A program made the translations under genes and the position numbers. From assembly GCA_951406725.2 (NCBI GenBank), contig OX597815.1, positions 32,550,001 through 32,614,000 on the forward strand: 64,000 bases of DNA, read 5' to 3'. The notes beneath the pieces were generated by a model. It saw nothing but the letters and a program-made list of their open reading frames with translations, was not told the DNA's origin and ran no database searches. The DNA is from Octopus vulgaris. Its lineage: Eukaryota. Numbering within the stretch: the stretch's first letter is position 1; every line of letters begins with the position of its first letter. This document shows positions 63,283-64,000 of the stretch, piece by piece.

Positions 63283-63724
63283 ACAGGTACAGCTGGGCTA
63301 TTTCAGCAGTTTTTTTGGGTGGGAGATCTCCTTCAGTGTTTAAAGGGCAAAGTCTGTGGGAGAGATAAAACTAATTTTGGTATCTTTTTTTTTTTTCATA
63401 TAATAACATGGTTTAAATATATAAGTGTGTGTGCGTATCTGTCTGTCTGTCTGTCTCTGTGTGTTTGTGTTGTTATATATATATATATGGTTGCAAGCAT
63501 GCATGTAAGTGTGTATTCATTTACTGGTTTCAGTCATTGGACTGTGGCCAAGCTGAGACACTACTTTCTAGGGTGTAGACAATTACATTATCATGCTTGC
63601 TAGATCATTGACCTTCCAAAAATGAAAGGCAAAAGTAGATCTCACGAATCAAAATATCAAGGAATGTAACTACAAAGGAATTTGTCCGACACTGTCCTGA
63701 TTTATCAGTCCTATGTGTGCCTGT

Positions 63725-64000
<276 letters not shown>

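Overview
Eukaryotic, AT-rich, microsatellite- and SINE-dense genomic DNA. The repeat content looks like a coleoid cephalopod, probably Octopus (inference). The one supportable host gene is the 3' part of a + strand SLC23/NAT (nucleobase-ascorbate transporter) gene: 8 phase-compatible GT-AG exons from 13244 to a TAG at 41490-41492; its 5' exons were not found in the window. Its NAT signature starts with Gly (YGGNIGAIGITK) instead of Q/E/P. The rest is mostly decayed transposon DNA: RTE and CR1-type LINEs, three tRNA-SINE families, Tc1, a fold-back mariner, hAT and piggyBac-type MITEs, a Helitron, an LTR with PBS, and a long decayed Penelope-like element. The most notable hidden signal is a repeat family carrying an extended type I hammerhead ribozyme with a U3 core variant and a covarying stem II (3575-3637 +; 24196-24258 and 24749-24811 -). 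The last two are direct repeats 553 nt apart, a retrozyme-like layout. Further decayed hammerhead motifs lie at about 15.0-15.6 kb and 45.8 kb. Most ORFs in the supplied track are microsatellite or SINE artefacts. All alignments and folds were done by eye.
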